Source: an uncultured Gammaproteobacteria bacterium (GTDB taxonomy: Bacteria > Cyanobacteriota > Vampirovibrionia > Gastranaerophilales > CAZEDP01). Taken from it: 64,000 bases of DNA. Shown piece by piece: positions 25,300-34,801 of the stretch; the first letter of the stretch is position 1; every line of letters starts with the position of its first letter. The stretch covers positions 5,098 through 69,097 of the forward strand of contig CAZXPD010000004.1 of the NCBI GenBank assembly GCA_964643065.1, in the 5' to 3' direction. Position numbers and translations under genes: made by a program. The notes under the pieces were generated by a model that was given only the letters and a program-made list of their open reading frames with translations, was not told the origin of the DNA and ran no database searches.

Positions 25300-26028
25300 T
25301 CATTTGCTTTTAAAATAATAAGCATATTCTTGTAAAATATAATAATTACCGAATGGATTAACTCTCATTCCTGCCGTTTTTATTTGTTCATACGGTTCAA
25401 TTTTTAAAAAATCTAAGATTTGCTTATTCCAAACTTCAGCCGGAGCAGCAATGTTAGCCCATGCATCGACAACAACCGCAAATTTTCCCCAATATTGGGG
25501 TTCGTTCCATAAGTATTCTCTATCATTAAAACCCAAAACTGTAAATACGTGGTCTTTAACCGGACGCTTTGGATTGGAATTTGTAATGAAATAAACACAT
25601 TCAGCAGCAGAAACCTTTTTTTTATTTAGAAGATAATGAATTATTTGAGATTGTTCACCACAGTTGGATGAGTTGAATTTAGACATATTAGAACATAATG
25701 CCTCATAATTATAATCATAATTGAGAACCTCTCTCAATTTATCTATTTGATTGGTTGTATGTGGAATTGCTTTTTCTATGTTCTTTTCCAATAAAGAATA
25801 TCTTGCAGTATTCCCGGTGTATTTTAGTTGTCGTAAAAATGAACTTGAAACAGGATAGCCAAATTTACTCCTGAAATCATCCAGAACTTCTTGACCTATT
25901 CGTAAATTTTTTTGCATCAAACTTTCATATTTGAAAGCGCCTCTTGGTTTCCCGGCTCTTACTAATCTGACAGATCTTACTCCACAGTGCATTATTCCAC
26001 TTTCCAAATCATTTGTATTTTTATACAT
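25300..26028 (-). CDS. Hypothetical protein with a candidate Cys-His-Asp (papain/transglutaminase/NAT-like) arrangement
   Basis: The order NCGEQSQII ... KDHVFTVLG ... AVVVDAWAN is reminiscent of Cys-His-Asp triad enzymes. This is inference only. Confidence 0.35.
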   Translation of the reverse strand: MYKNTNDLESGIMHCGVRSVRLVRAGKPRGAFKYESLMQKNLRIGQEVLDDFRSKFGYPVSSSFLRQLKYTGNTARYSLLEKNIEKAIPHTTNQIDKLREVLNYDYNYEALCSNMSKFNSSNCGEQSQIIHYLLNKKKVSAAECVYFITNSNPKRPVKDHVFTVLGFNDREYLWNEPQYWGKFAVVVDAWANIAAPAEVWNKQILDFLKIEPYEQIKTAGMRVNPFGNYYILQEYAYYFKSK

Positions 26029-26178
26029 TTATATAAAAAATTTAAATGATAATAATTGCTTAAAAATGATTTATGATAAAGAAAACTTTACAATTTGGGT
26101 TAAGTCAATGGAATGGAGATGGAAAATTTTAAAGCTCATTTTTTCAGTTAGTTACTATTTCCATTTTATGCCTGGGAT

Positions 26179-27378
26179 TTAAAGCATACACTTTATAATC
26201 GAAAAAATATCATCCATTATTCCTGTTACTTCTTCATTTTCAGAGATATTATCTGCTATGATATCCGCGAAATCCGATTTTTTAAATTCCCCGAATCCTT
26301 TTTCCTTCCATATTTTTTCAAAAGTCTCGACTTTTGAAGAGTTTTCCCGTAATTCTTCCAGACTGACGGAATTCAGCAGGGAATAATACTTGTTAATTGC
26401 GTTCTTAATTAATTTTTCAGGAATTATATCCTCAAATTCCCCGTCAGGAATGAGAAAAATCCTGTCTTTTTCTTTTAGGATGCTTTCTATTTCTGTTTTA
26501 ACAGGTCGTGCGTCACTGTCCAAAATAATCAAAATTGGCAGATTGATTTTATCGCAGTATTTCCTGTAGATTCTTGCAACCTGATTCTTGCCGCCTGAAG
26601 GAATTATTTTAACTCCCGATTTGTCAAAATCTAGTCCGTTTACTTTTGCAAAGAGAGGCAGGAGCTTCTCTTCAGTAGTTCCTTCTACAAGTATAATAAT
26701 CTTTTCGGGGGAAAGCGATGCTGCTTTTTCTCTGTATATTATGCTTTGGTTGTATATGGTTTCAAAAAGTTCTTTAGATTCGGTTTTACAAGACAAATAT
26801 TTTTCTGATTTCAATAAATTATTAAGATAGATAAGACGTTTTAACGCATCGGAATAATTTTTGCCGTTATTATTTTCGGCAAAATCAAGAAAACGTATTA
26901 TCTTCAGCGGATAATTAAGCCTGACATTAAAATAAAGCTGTTCAAATTCATCAAAATCTGATGATACTTCTTTATCAAAATTATATCCGTTAACTTCAAG
27001 TACTGATTTTATTGATTCAATCGAATTTGAGCAATTATTTTCCAATGGATTTGTACTATTAATAATATTTTCACTTTTTGTAATATCACTTAGCATTTCT
27101 TTAGCGCAAAATACTTTTGTTTCTTCAAAAACCAAGTATTTATTTATAAGATAATCAGCTTCGTTTTGTTTTGCAATTTTATCGAGAGACTCGTTCCAAA
27201 TTTTTGCCGCCAAAAAATTAACCGAGCCGAGAGAGTATTTATAATAATTTTTAAGACTAATTTTTGGAGTTATGCTGAATTTTATGAGAATTTCGCGAAA
27301 AAATCTGTCATAATTTTGATTAGGATATTTAAATCTGATTAATCTCTCAAAAGATGTAAGCAGTTCTTCAAAAGACAT
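26179..27378 (-). CDS. OLD-family Toprim-domain protein lacking the usual ATPase domain
   Basis: C-terminal IILVEGTTEEKLLP...IIPSGGKNQV...LPILIILDSDA...DGEFEDII matches the Toprim (E, DxD) layout of OLD/DUF4435 nucleases. The N-terminal ~220 aa show no Walker motifs. Confidence 0.65.
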   Translation of the reverse strand: MSFEELLTSFERLIRFKYPNQNYDRFFREILIKFSITPKISLKNYYKYSLGSVNFLAAKIWNESLDKIAKQNEADYLINKYLVFEETKVFCAKEMLSDITKSENIINSTNPLENNCSNSIESIKSVLEVNGYNFDKEVSSDFDEFEQLYFNVRLNYPLKIIRFLDFAENNNGKNYSDALKRLIYLNNLLKSEKYLSCKTESKELFETIYNQSIIYREKAASLSPEKIIILVEGTTEEKLLPLFAKVNGLDFDKSGVKIIPSGGKNQVARIYRKYCDKINLPILIILDSDARPVKTEIESILKEKDRIFLIPDGEFEDIIPEKLIKNAINKYYSLLNSVSLEELRENSSKVETFEKIWKEKGFGEFKKSDFADIIADNISENEEVTGIMDDIFSIIKCML

Positions 27379-27560
27379 CAGTTTTATTTTTATTTTGTCG
27401 GGGTAGCAGCCGTTATAATCGTTAAAAAATTCAAAGGTATTGCTAATTGTATTATCCTCGTAAAATTCTTTTTAACATTACTTAGAATTTAACTAAAAAA
27501 TAGCACATTTTGAATACTTTTTGTTTTATAAAAAATAGTAGCGTATAAAATCGGAAAGTT

Positions 27561-29090
27561 ATGCCAAATAATATTTCCAGCATACAATTCAGCAAAGTCA
27601 ATTACGAAGGCACTATCAAGCCTTCTAAAAACGATTCCGGAAATAATCAAAATCAGAATACCCAAACAACAAATAAAGAAACAAATTTACATTTTGGCAA
27701 TATTTTACCTGAAAGTTTAGTTACGAAAACCTCTGATATGAAGATGTATTATCAGATATATTTGTCATTAGACGGTAAAGACAGAAAAAACCTTGAAAAA
27801 ATAAAAAGCGAGGGCAAATTAAACTCAAGACTGTCCAATGACGGTTCTTCGACACTTGAAAACCTTTATAAAATCTATAAAGAACCTCGTGCAGACGGGC
27901 TTGAGAATAAAAAAATATTAAGTGAAGTTCTGCAGAATCTGGCGAATCCCTATGTCATACACCAAAAATTCGGTAAAGTTCCCGATTTTATGGTGGGAAA
28001 ACTTGTGTTTAACGAAAAAATGAACAGCCTTACAAAAGGTTTATGGCTTGATCCTTCTGTCGCCCCTTATTACAAACAAGCAAAATACACAGGTCCTATT
28101 AGTGCCCTGAAACCGGAAGATTTGAATGTGGAAACAAGCGCAACTTGTGTTGCAACAAGTATAGAATTTAACTTGGCAATGAGAAAGCCTGCGGAATATG
28201 TCAGATATGCGGCAGGCTTAACGAGTCCCAAAATGGAAGTCAAATCCAAAATAAAATTGAGCGATATTTCACCGAATATTATGGATGCATTGTATATTCT
28301 GAATTATTTCCAAACCGAATACAGACCTGTTGACTGGGAGACAGTTGAAGTTACCGTTAAGCCTGACAGCAATGCATTAACAAGAGCTCAAATACAAAGT
28401 AAACACAGACAAACGGATTATACAAAAAGCAGGTTTGACGATTTAGGAGAAACGCCGCCCGAAAATTATAAAATACCCCCTTCTCGTTCATCAGTGGATT
28501 CTCTTATGCAGTCAGCATTTATGCAGTTGGGAAGCCAGAACACGTACAACTCTCTTAATGATATGAGAGCAGGAGAAAACTGTTCCGATCCTAAAGGGCT
28601 TATCGAGTTTGAAAAAACTTATGTCGAAACCATTGTTGAGGATGATGAAGGCGGAATAACTTCAATAACTTATCAAAATGTAGATGACAATAAAAAGCTC
28701 CAGTCTTATTTCTTTGATTATGAGACTACAAAAAAGCATTTGCTTGATACATTAGCTCTCGGCAGAAATGTCATAGTAGGTGTTACTTATGTTGATAACA
28801 ATAAAAATATTCTCGGCGGACACGAAATGACTGTCATCGGAAGCCGAACGGATGCTAACGGAGAACTTTATTTTATTACTAACGATACAGACGATGATTT
28901 TGTAGGTACATCAGAATACAGAGCAAAAGATTTTATCCCCACAATACACCATGCAGGCATCCCGAATAAAGTTCTTAACCAGCCGCCTGAGCCGGAAGCG
29001 GGTTATGTTCTGCTGAATGAATTGGCAGAGCTGAAAAAACAAAACCAGCTTGAAGCTCAAAAGAAACTCCAAGCCGGTAAATCTGTTTAA
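27561..29090 (+). CDS. Large hypothetical protein with a papain-like cysteine-peptidase-type C-terminal half
   Basis: Candidate nucleophile ETSATCVATSIEF and distal GGHEMTVIGSRTDANGELYFITNDTDDD (His, then Asn/Asp). Confidence 0.4.
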   Translation: MPNNISSIQFSKVNYEGTIKPSKNDSGNNQNQNTQTTNKETNLHFGNILPESLVTKTSDMKMYYQIYLSLDGKDRKNLEKIKSEGKLNSRLSNDGSSTLENLYKIYKEPRADGLENKKILSEVLQNLANPYVIHQKFGKVPDFMVGKLVFNEKMNSLTKGLWLDPSVAPYYKQAKYTGPISALKPEDLNVETSATCVATSIEFNLAMRKPAEYVRYAAGLTSPKMEVKSKIKLSDISPNIMDALYILNYFQTEYRPVDWETVEVTVKPDSNALTRAQIQSKHRQTDYTKSRFDDLGETPPENYKIPPSRSSVDSLMQSAFMQLGSQNTYNSLNDMRAGENCSDPKGLIEFEKTYVETIVEDDEGGITSITYQNVDDNKKLQSYFFDYETTKKHLLDTLALGRNVIVGVTYVDNNKNILGGHEMTVIGSRTDANGELYFITNDTDDDFVGTSEYRAKDFIPTIHHAGIPNKVLNQPPEPEAGYVLLNELAELKKQNQLEAQKKLQAGKSV

Positions 29091-29095
29091 CTATT

Positions 29096-30937
29096 TTAGT
29101 TTTGAGACTTTCCTACTGCTTTGTTTTCCAATTCTTTTGCTTTCGCAAAGTTTTCATTGGCTAAATCAGTGAGTCCTTTTTTAGTATAAAGATTCCCGAG
29201 ATTTTTATATGCTTCTACGTAGTCAGGCTTGAACTCAATAGCTTTCTGATAGTTGGAAACGGCTAAATCAGTCATATCCTTTTTCTCAAAGAGATTAGCC
29301 AGTTTAAAGTATGCATATGCATCTTTCGGTTCAATTTCTATATTTTTCTGATAATTTTGTACTGCCAAATCCAACAATCCCTGCTCTGTATAAACATCTC
29401 CCAGAGCGTGATAAGCGGCGGCATTGTTCGGGTAGAGTTTTATTGCTTTTTGAAAACTTTCTGCAGCCTTATCATAGAGTTTTTGTTTTAAGTAGCACTG
29501 TCCAAGTGATGTATACGCCAGGTCATAGTCGGGTTCAATTTCTATTACCTTTTGGTAATACTGCGCAGCAATGTCGTATTGTTTTTTATAGTAATAATAA
29601 ACAATACCCAAATTATAATAGGCATTACTATAATCAGGTTTGACTTCAGCAGCTTTCTTGTAATTTTCGATTGCGAGGTCATACTCTTTATTGTTTTCGT
29701 AAGCCAAGCCCAAATAGTTATATGCTTTTTCGAAATTCGGATAAATTGCGATAGATTTTTTATAATTTTCAATTGCCTTAGCATATTGTTTTTTCTCGTC
29801 ATAAATCAATCCGAGATTATAATATGCTTTATAATAGTTTGGATTAACGTTTATAGCTTTTTCATAATATGGGATTGCTTCGTCAAGCATGCTTTTATGA
29901 TAATAAGCCAGCCCAAGATTGTTATAAGCATCTGCGTCATTTGGATTAAGAGCAGTTGCCTTTTTATTATATTCGATAGCCTTGTCGTATTGTCCTTTTT
30001 TGTCATAGATTCTTCCGAGATTGTAGTATGCCATAGCATAATTCGGGTTGAGACTTATGGCTTTCTCATAATTAGGAATTGCCAGGTCATTTTGTCCTTG
30101 TGTAACATAAACATTTGCAAGATTGTTATAAGCATCGGTAAAAGCCGTGTCGAGATCTATTGCTTTCAGATAATTTGAAATTGCCGGTTCATATTGACTT
30201 TTTTTGTCATAAATAATCCCCAGATTATAATAACCTCTTGCATAGTTTGGATCGAGGCTGACAGCTTTTTCGTAATTTGCAAGTGCAAGGTCATTTTGTC
30301 CCGTTGCTTCATATGCATTTCCCAGATTATTATATGCATCGGTATAATTAGGGTTTGTAGCTATTGCATTTTTGTAGGTCTGGATGGACAGGTCATATTT
30401 GCCCTGTTTGTCGTAAATACTGCCTAAATTATAATAAGCTCTTGAATAGTTCGGATTTATGCTTAAGGCTTTTTTATAGCTTTCAACAGCTTCATTGTAG
30501 AGTCCTTTGTCGTCGTATAAAATTCCCAGGTTATTATGCGCATCAGACATATTGGGATTTACCGCAATAGCTTTTTTATAGTTTGAAATAGCCAAATCAT
30601 TTTGCTGAGTTTTCGAATATACAAGCGCAAGATTATAGTAAGCATCACCATAATTAGGATTAATGCTCAGCGCTTTTTTGAAGTTTGCTATGGCTAAATC
30701 ATATTGGTTTTTTTGATAGTATGCCAACCCCAGATCGTAATAGGCAAGATGCACTTCATAATTAGAAGGATCTGCTTTTATGGCTTTTTGGAAATTTGCA
30801 ATGGCAAGATCGTATTGACCGCTGTCATAGTAGTTGATACCGATATCAAAATAATCTCCAAATGCAGCGCTTTGAGAATAAACCGGCAAACATGCCGCAA
30901 CAAACAGTGTTAAAAAGAAAAGTTTAAGTCTGTTCAT
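29096..30937 (-). CDS. Secreted TPR-repeat protein (about 17 repeats)
   Basis: ATG 30937 has GGGAG upstream and yields the signal peptide MNRLKLFFLTLFVAACLPVYS. The body is a continuous run of AYYNLG..Y...G.YD.AI..Y.KA(I/L)..(N/D)PN units. Confidence 0.9.
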   Translation of the reverse strand: MNRLKLFFLTLFVAACLPVYSQSAAFGDYFDIGINYYDSGQYDLAIANFQKAIKADPSNYEVHLAYYDLGLAYYQKNQYDLAIANFKKALSINPNYGDAYYNLALVYSKTQQNDLAISNYKKAIAVNPNMSDAHNNLGILYDDKGLYNEAVESYKKALSINPNYSRAYYNLGSIYDKQGKYDLSIQTYKNAIATNPNYTDAYNNLGNAYEATGQNDLALANYEKAVSLDPNYARGYYNLGIIYDKKSQYEPAISNYLKAIDLDTAFTDAYNNLANVYVTQGQNDLAIPNYEKAISLNPNYAMAYYNLGRIYDKKGQYDKAIEYNKKATALNPNDADAYNNLGLAYYHKSMLDEAIPYYEKAINVNPNYYKAYYNLGLIYDEKKQYAKAIENYKKSIAIYPNFEKAYNYLGLAYENNKEYDLAIENYKKAAEVKPDYSNAYYNLGIVYYYYKKQYDIAAQYYQKVIEIEPDYDLAYTSLGQCYLKQKLYDKAAESFQKAIKLYPNNAAAYHALGDVYTEQGLLDLAVQNYQKNIEIEPKDAYAYFKLANLFEKKDMTDLAVSNYQKAIEFKPDYVEAYKNLGNLYTKKGLTDLANENFAKAKELENKAVGKSQN

Positions 30938-31196
30938 ATTCAGCTCCCTATTTTGGTAAACTCCAATTAAGTAAAACAATTTGACTATAAAAACCCGCTA
31001 ATGTAAATATGAGTAAATAACTGCTTTATGATTGACTTTTGCTTTAAATAAGCATCACTGAATCTGATTTTGATAAATTACCCAAATTTATATTATCGAG
31101 GTTTTTTCCGTGTGTTTTTGGAGCGGGGAATTTGTAAAGTGTCATACAGAAACTTTTAGGAATTCCGTTAAGTTCATATGAAATATCGATACGTGA

Positions 31197-31249
31197 TGCG
31201 AAAATGAGTGCTTGAAAATAATCTTGTCCACATGGGTTGAAACCCACCC
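31197..31249. repeat. 53-bp direct repeat, copy 1
   Basis: tgcgaaaatgagtgcttgaaaataatcttgtccacatgggttgaaacccaccc is identical to 31482..31534. It contains the mini-hairpin gggt-tgaa-accc. Confidence 0.85.
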
Positions 31250-31481
31250 AGACTATCCGCGGTGTTTTTTGTGCGTTTTTGAGGCAAATAATTGGGTATA
31301 ATTAGATATTTGAAGCAAAGTTTTCATTGCGGGTTGAAACCTTAACCCGAGTGTGCATTCCTGAAGCATAAGGCTGTGCTAACAAAGATTATCGGGGATG
31401 TTCAAAATCTATCCGGTTATCGACACCTGCATAGGCTAAACTGTTTGTTAGGAAAAGCCCTGTGGGTATTATCGTGGGCGG

Positions 31482-31534
31482 TGCGAAAATGAGTGCTTGA
31501 AAATAATCTTGTCCACATGGGTTGAAACCCACCC
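31482..31534. repeat. 53-bp direct repeat, copy 2
   Basis: Identical to 31197..31249. It lies about 140 nt upstream of the ATPase gene start. Confidence 0.85.
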
Positions 31535-31672
31535 GCTTGTTGGAGAGATGGAAATATAGTTTTTTGATGATTTAAGTATAGTATAATTTTAATTATGCTT
31601 TTATTATCGAAATATATAATGAATATAAAAATGTTTTTTTAGTGATGACTGTAATATTAGGTGAATAATTAT

Positions 31673-33811
31673 ATGTTAACTGAAGATTTATTGAAAAATG
31701 ACGATAAAGATAATTTTAATGAATTGGCTCAATCCTTGAAATTATGTAGAAGAGCGGATTTAACAGATTTTTATAATGACGAGAATATAATTGAGGAACT
31801 ATATGTTGATCCTTATGAAAATAATTTTGTATTAAATTCTATGCTCCTTCCAAATACTACATTGTTAATAGGCAGGAAAGGTACAGGAAAATCAACAATT
31901 ATATCTCGAGTTCAACACGAAATAAGAAAAAGACCCAATTCATTGTCGTTATATTTAGATGTAAAAACCATATATGAACAATGTTTGTTAACAAATCAAG
32001 ATTCCGAAACTTATCAAGGTATTTTATCGCTCGAGAACATAAAAAAATATTTACTCTATAAAGCATTTATTAAAGAAATCTTACTACAAGTTAAGAACGA
32101 GATTAAAATAAAAACGAAAGCAAAAAATTCTCTTTGGGCAAAAATTATAACTTTTTTTAAAAATGAAAAAAAATTTATTGATGAAGTAGATAACCTTATA
32201 AATTACTCAACAGAGAATGAATATCAAGATATTACATTACTAAGAAATGTAACTATTAAACATAGGTCGTCAGTCTCGGAAACATCAACTTTTCGTGATA
32301 ATGGAGAATTATCCTCAAAAGCAACAGTTAATAATTTGGGTGTTTCTGCAAAATTAGCAAGTAATTCCGAAAGTGCTGAAGCAAACAGCGATTCACTAGA
32401 AGAGCAATTTAGTAAGGTATTGTCAATTTACTACAGTCCCATTGAATTTGTAAATAAAATTAAAAATCTTTTATCTGAATTTGGGATTAGACAAATTATT
32501 ATCTGTTTAGATGATTTTTCGGAAATAGATGAAGGAGCAATCAAAGTATTTGTTGATACTTTGATTGCTCCTCTCAATAATTGGACAGACGAATTTATTA
32601 AATTTAAAATTTGTGCATATCCAGATCGCTACTATTTAGGTAGCATCGATCCTACCAAAATTGATATATTGAATTTAGATTTTTATAATCTATATTCTCA
32701 AAGAACTATAAAAGATATACAAAACGAAGCATTATCTTATACTAAGAGATTATTAGACAAAAGGCTTTCATATTTTTGTAAAAAAAGTTTTGATACTTTT
32801 TTTGATACCACCAAAGATGGAAAAGCTGTATTTTATGAAACTATATTTTATATTACTGCTAATGTTCCTCGTAATATTGGGCGAATTTTATGGTATGCTT
32901 CGCAATCCGCTATTTCAAGAGGGAAAAAAATAACATTAACTGACTTAAGATTGGCATCTGAAAAATATTATAAAGATAGTATTGAGGTGTATTTTAATAA
33001 AGACAGCCATATATTGCAAACCTATAATGATCAATTATCTAGACATCATTTAAAATTAATTTTGAATGCATTAGTATCTCAAGCTAAAATAAATAAAAAA
33101 GAAATAGGTTTATCAGTTGCATCAATATTTAAAGATTATGCAGTAAATACAGCTCCGACAAGCTTCTTTTATATTTTATCTATTAGGGAATATGAAAAAT
33201 TATTATCTTCATTAGAATTGAACTTCTTTATTACCAAGTATAATGAACAAAAAAACAAAGATGGAAGGAGTATCAGTTTATATTGGCTAAATTATGGTTT
33301 ATGTATGAAAGAAGATATTATATTTGGAAAAGGTAATGACCGAAAATATTTAATTGAGAGAAAATTTAATTACACAGAGTTGCTTAAAGATTATATCGAA
33401 AGGGTACAAGTTATAAAATGCAAGCAATGTGAAGCTGAGTTCCAAATTGAAGAATTAGAAAGCCTAAAAAAATATGATATGCAATGCTATATTTGTAAAA
33501 AAGGAATTTGTGGCATAGAGCATTTAAACGTATCCTTACCTAAAGAAACTATTGATAACACAATAAAGTTGCCTGAAATAGACTTTGACATCCTGAATTC
33601 CATTAGAATAAATAATTTTCCCATGTTCGCTAGTCAGCTAGCTGGTGAATTAGATTGTTCTTATCAAAAAGTGGGAAAAAGAGCACAAATATTATCTGCT
33701 AAAGGCTATATTGAAAAAAAAGAAGAAACTCACAATAAAAAACATGGACAAAGGAGCTATTATTATATAACTCAAAAAGCTATTGATGATTTTTTTAATA
33801 AGTCAATGTGA
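31673..33811 (+). CDS. P-loop NTPase with C-terminal zinc ribbon and winged-helix domain
   Basis: Walker A LIGRKGTGKST and Walker B IIICLDDFSEID. The ribbon is CKQCEAEF...CYICKKGIC, followed by a MarR-like tail QKVGKRAQILSAKGYIEKKE. I prefer ATG 31673 (AGGTGA 8 nt upstream) to GTG 31661. Confidence 0.65.
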   Translation: MLTEDLLKNDDKDNFNELAQSLKLCRRADLTDFYNDENIIEELYVDPYENNFVLNSMLLPNTTLLIGRKGTGKSTIISRVQHEIRKRPNSLSLYLDVKTIYEQCLLTNQDSETYQGILSLENIKKYLLYKAFIKEILLQVKNEIKIKTKAKNSLWAKIITFFKNEKKFIDEVDNLINYSTENEYQDITLLRNVTIKHRSSVSETSTFRDNGELSSKATVNNLGVSAKLASNSESAEANSDSLEEQFSKVLSIYYSPIEFVNKIKNLLSEFGIRQIIICLDDFSEIDEGAIKVFVDTLIAPLNNWTDEFIKFKICAYPDRYYLGSIDPTKIDILNLDFYNLYSQRTIKDIQNEALSYTKRLLDKRLSYFCKKSFDTFFDTTKDGKAVFYETIFYITANVPRNIGRILWYASQSAISRGKKITLTDLRLASEKYYKDSIEVYFNKDSHILQTYNDQLSRHHLKLILNALVSQAKINKKEIGLSVASIFKDYAVNTAPTSFFYILSIREYEKLLSSLELNFFITKYNEQKNKDGRSISLYWLNYGLCMKEDIIFGKGNDRKYLIERKFNYTELLKDYIERVQVIKCKQCEAEFQIEELESLKKYDMQCYICKKGICGIEHLNVSLPKETIDNTIKLPEIDFDILNSIRINNFPMFASQLAGELDCSYQKVGKRAQILSAKGYIEKKEETHNKKHGQRSYYYITQKAIDDFFNKSM

Positions 33812-33919
33812 AATCTCCCTCAGTGTCCCAAGTAGCGAGTTGCTGTAATGTGTCGCTCTGTGTCTTTTATAATAGTTCTGTCCGAAGCCGAAGGCAAGTT
33901 AGCGAAAGGAACCTAACCA

Positions 33920-34714
33920 ATGACCGACAGCACAAAAATATTAAACACCGCGAAAGAAGCCGCTTTGGAGGCGGGCAAAATTCATATGCAGTTTTTTGGC
34001 AAAAAACTCGAAATATCCCATAAATTCAATGAATACGACCTAGTCACGAACGTTGACAAACTTTCGGAAGAAAAAATCGTTTCTGTTATAAAAAAGAGCT
34101 TCCCTGACCACGACATTTTGGGAGAGGAAGGCACGCAAGCCGCCACGCACGCGTCGGATTTCACCTGGGTAATTGACCCGATAGACGGAACGACCAACTA
34201 TGCGCATGCCTTTCCGCAGTTTTCGGCTTCGATAGGGATTTTATACAAAGGCGAATTGTTCATGGGCGTTGTCTATGATGCTTTTAAAAAAGAAATGTTC
34301 AGCGCAGTCAAAAGTCAAGGGGCGTTTTTGAACGACAGCCCGATTGCAGTCAGCACGGTAGATACAATCGAGAAATCGCTCCTCTCAACAGGCTTCCCTT
34401 ATGACAGGGAAGAAGTTATGAAAGAGAACCTCAAATACTTTGAAAGTTTTGTTTATAAAGCTCAGGCTCTCAGGCGTCAGGGCTCTGCCAGTCTGGATTT
34501 GTGCTATACGGCATGCGGAAGGCTGGACGGCTTCTGGGAATTAAATCTCGCGCCTTGGGATACAGCCGCAGGGGCGTTGATAGTTTTGGAGGCAGGCGGC
34601 AAAGTTACAAATATGCACAGTGATGCGTTTGATATTTACGAAAAAAGCATAATAGCTTCGAACGGTTTGATTCATTCCCAAATGAAGGATATTATAAACT
34701 ACGCCAAAGTTTAA
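33920..34714 (+). CDS. suhB: Inositol monophosphatase family protein
   Basis: Contains the motifs LGEEG and WVIDPIDGTTNY, and WDTAAG near the C-terminus. Confidence 0.9.
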   Translation: MTDSTKILNTAKEAALEAGKIHMQFFGKKLEISHKFNEYDLVTNVDKLSEEKIVSVIKKSFPDHDILGEEGTQAATHASDFTWVIDPIDGTTNYAHAFPQFSASIGILYKGELFMGVVYDAFKKEMFSAVKSQGAFLNDSPIAVSTVDTIEKSLLSTGFPYDREEVMKENLKYFESFVYKAQALRRQGSASLDLCYTACGRLDGFWELNLAPWDTAAGALIVLEAGGKVTNMHSDAFDIYEKSIIASNGLIHSQMKDIINYAKV

Positions 34715-34801
34715 ACTTAGTTTTGCTATTTAAGAACAATTCTGATTTTTTGGAAAATATTATTTATCTGCGTCATAAATCTTCTGGTAAAATAACCTAT
34801 T

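Noticed and set aside
29311-30913. Many plus-strand ORFs (for example 29552..30178, 208 aa)
   Set aside because: They are antisense to the long TPR gene 29096..30937. Their low-complexity I/F/V-rich products are typical of shadow ORFs in periodic AT-rich repeats.
31044-31247. 67-aa minus-strand ORF overlapping repeat copy 1
   Set aside because: The second identical repeat copy is read in a different frame with early stops. There is no RBS. The interval is treated as non-coding.
31197-31534. A possible CRISPR array, because the repeats contain a gttgaaac-like motif typical of some CRISPR repeat ends
   Set aside because: There are only two identical 53-bp copies plus one degenerate 18-bp fragment. 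Spacing is irregular (about 99 and 186 bp), the repeat length is outside the usual 23-48 bp, and no cas genes are in the window.
33808-34023. 71-aa plus-strand ORF
   Set aside because: It overlaps the start of the well-supported suhB-like gene in another frame, has an atypical Arg/Ser/Cys-rich composition, and is probably spurious.
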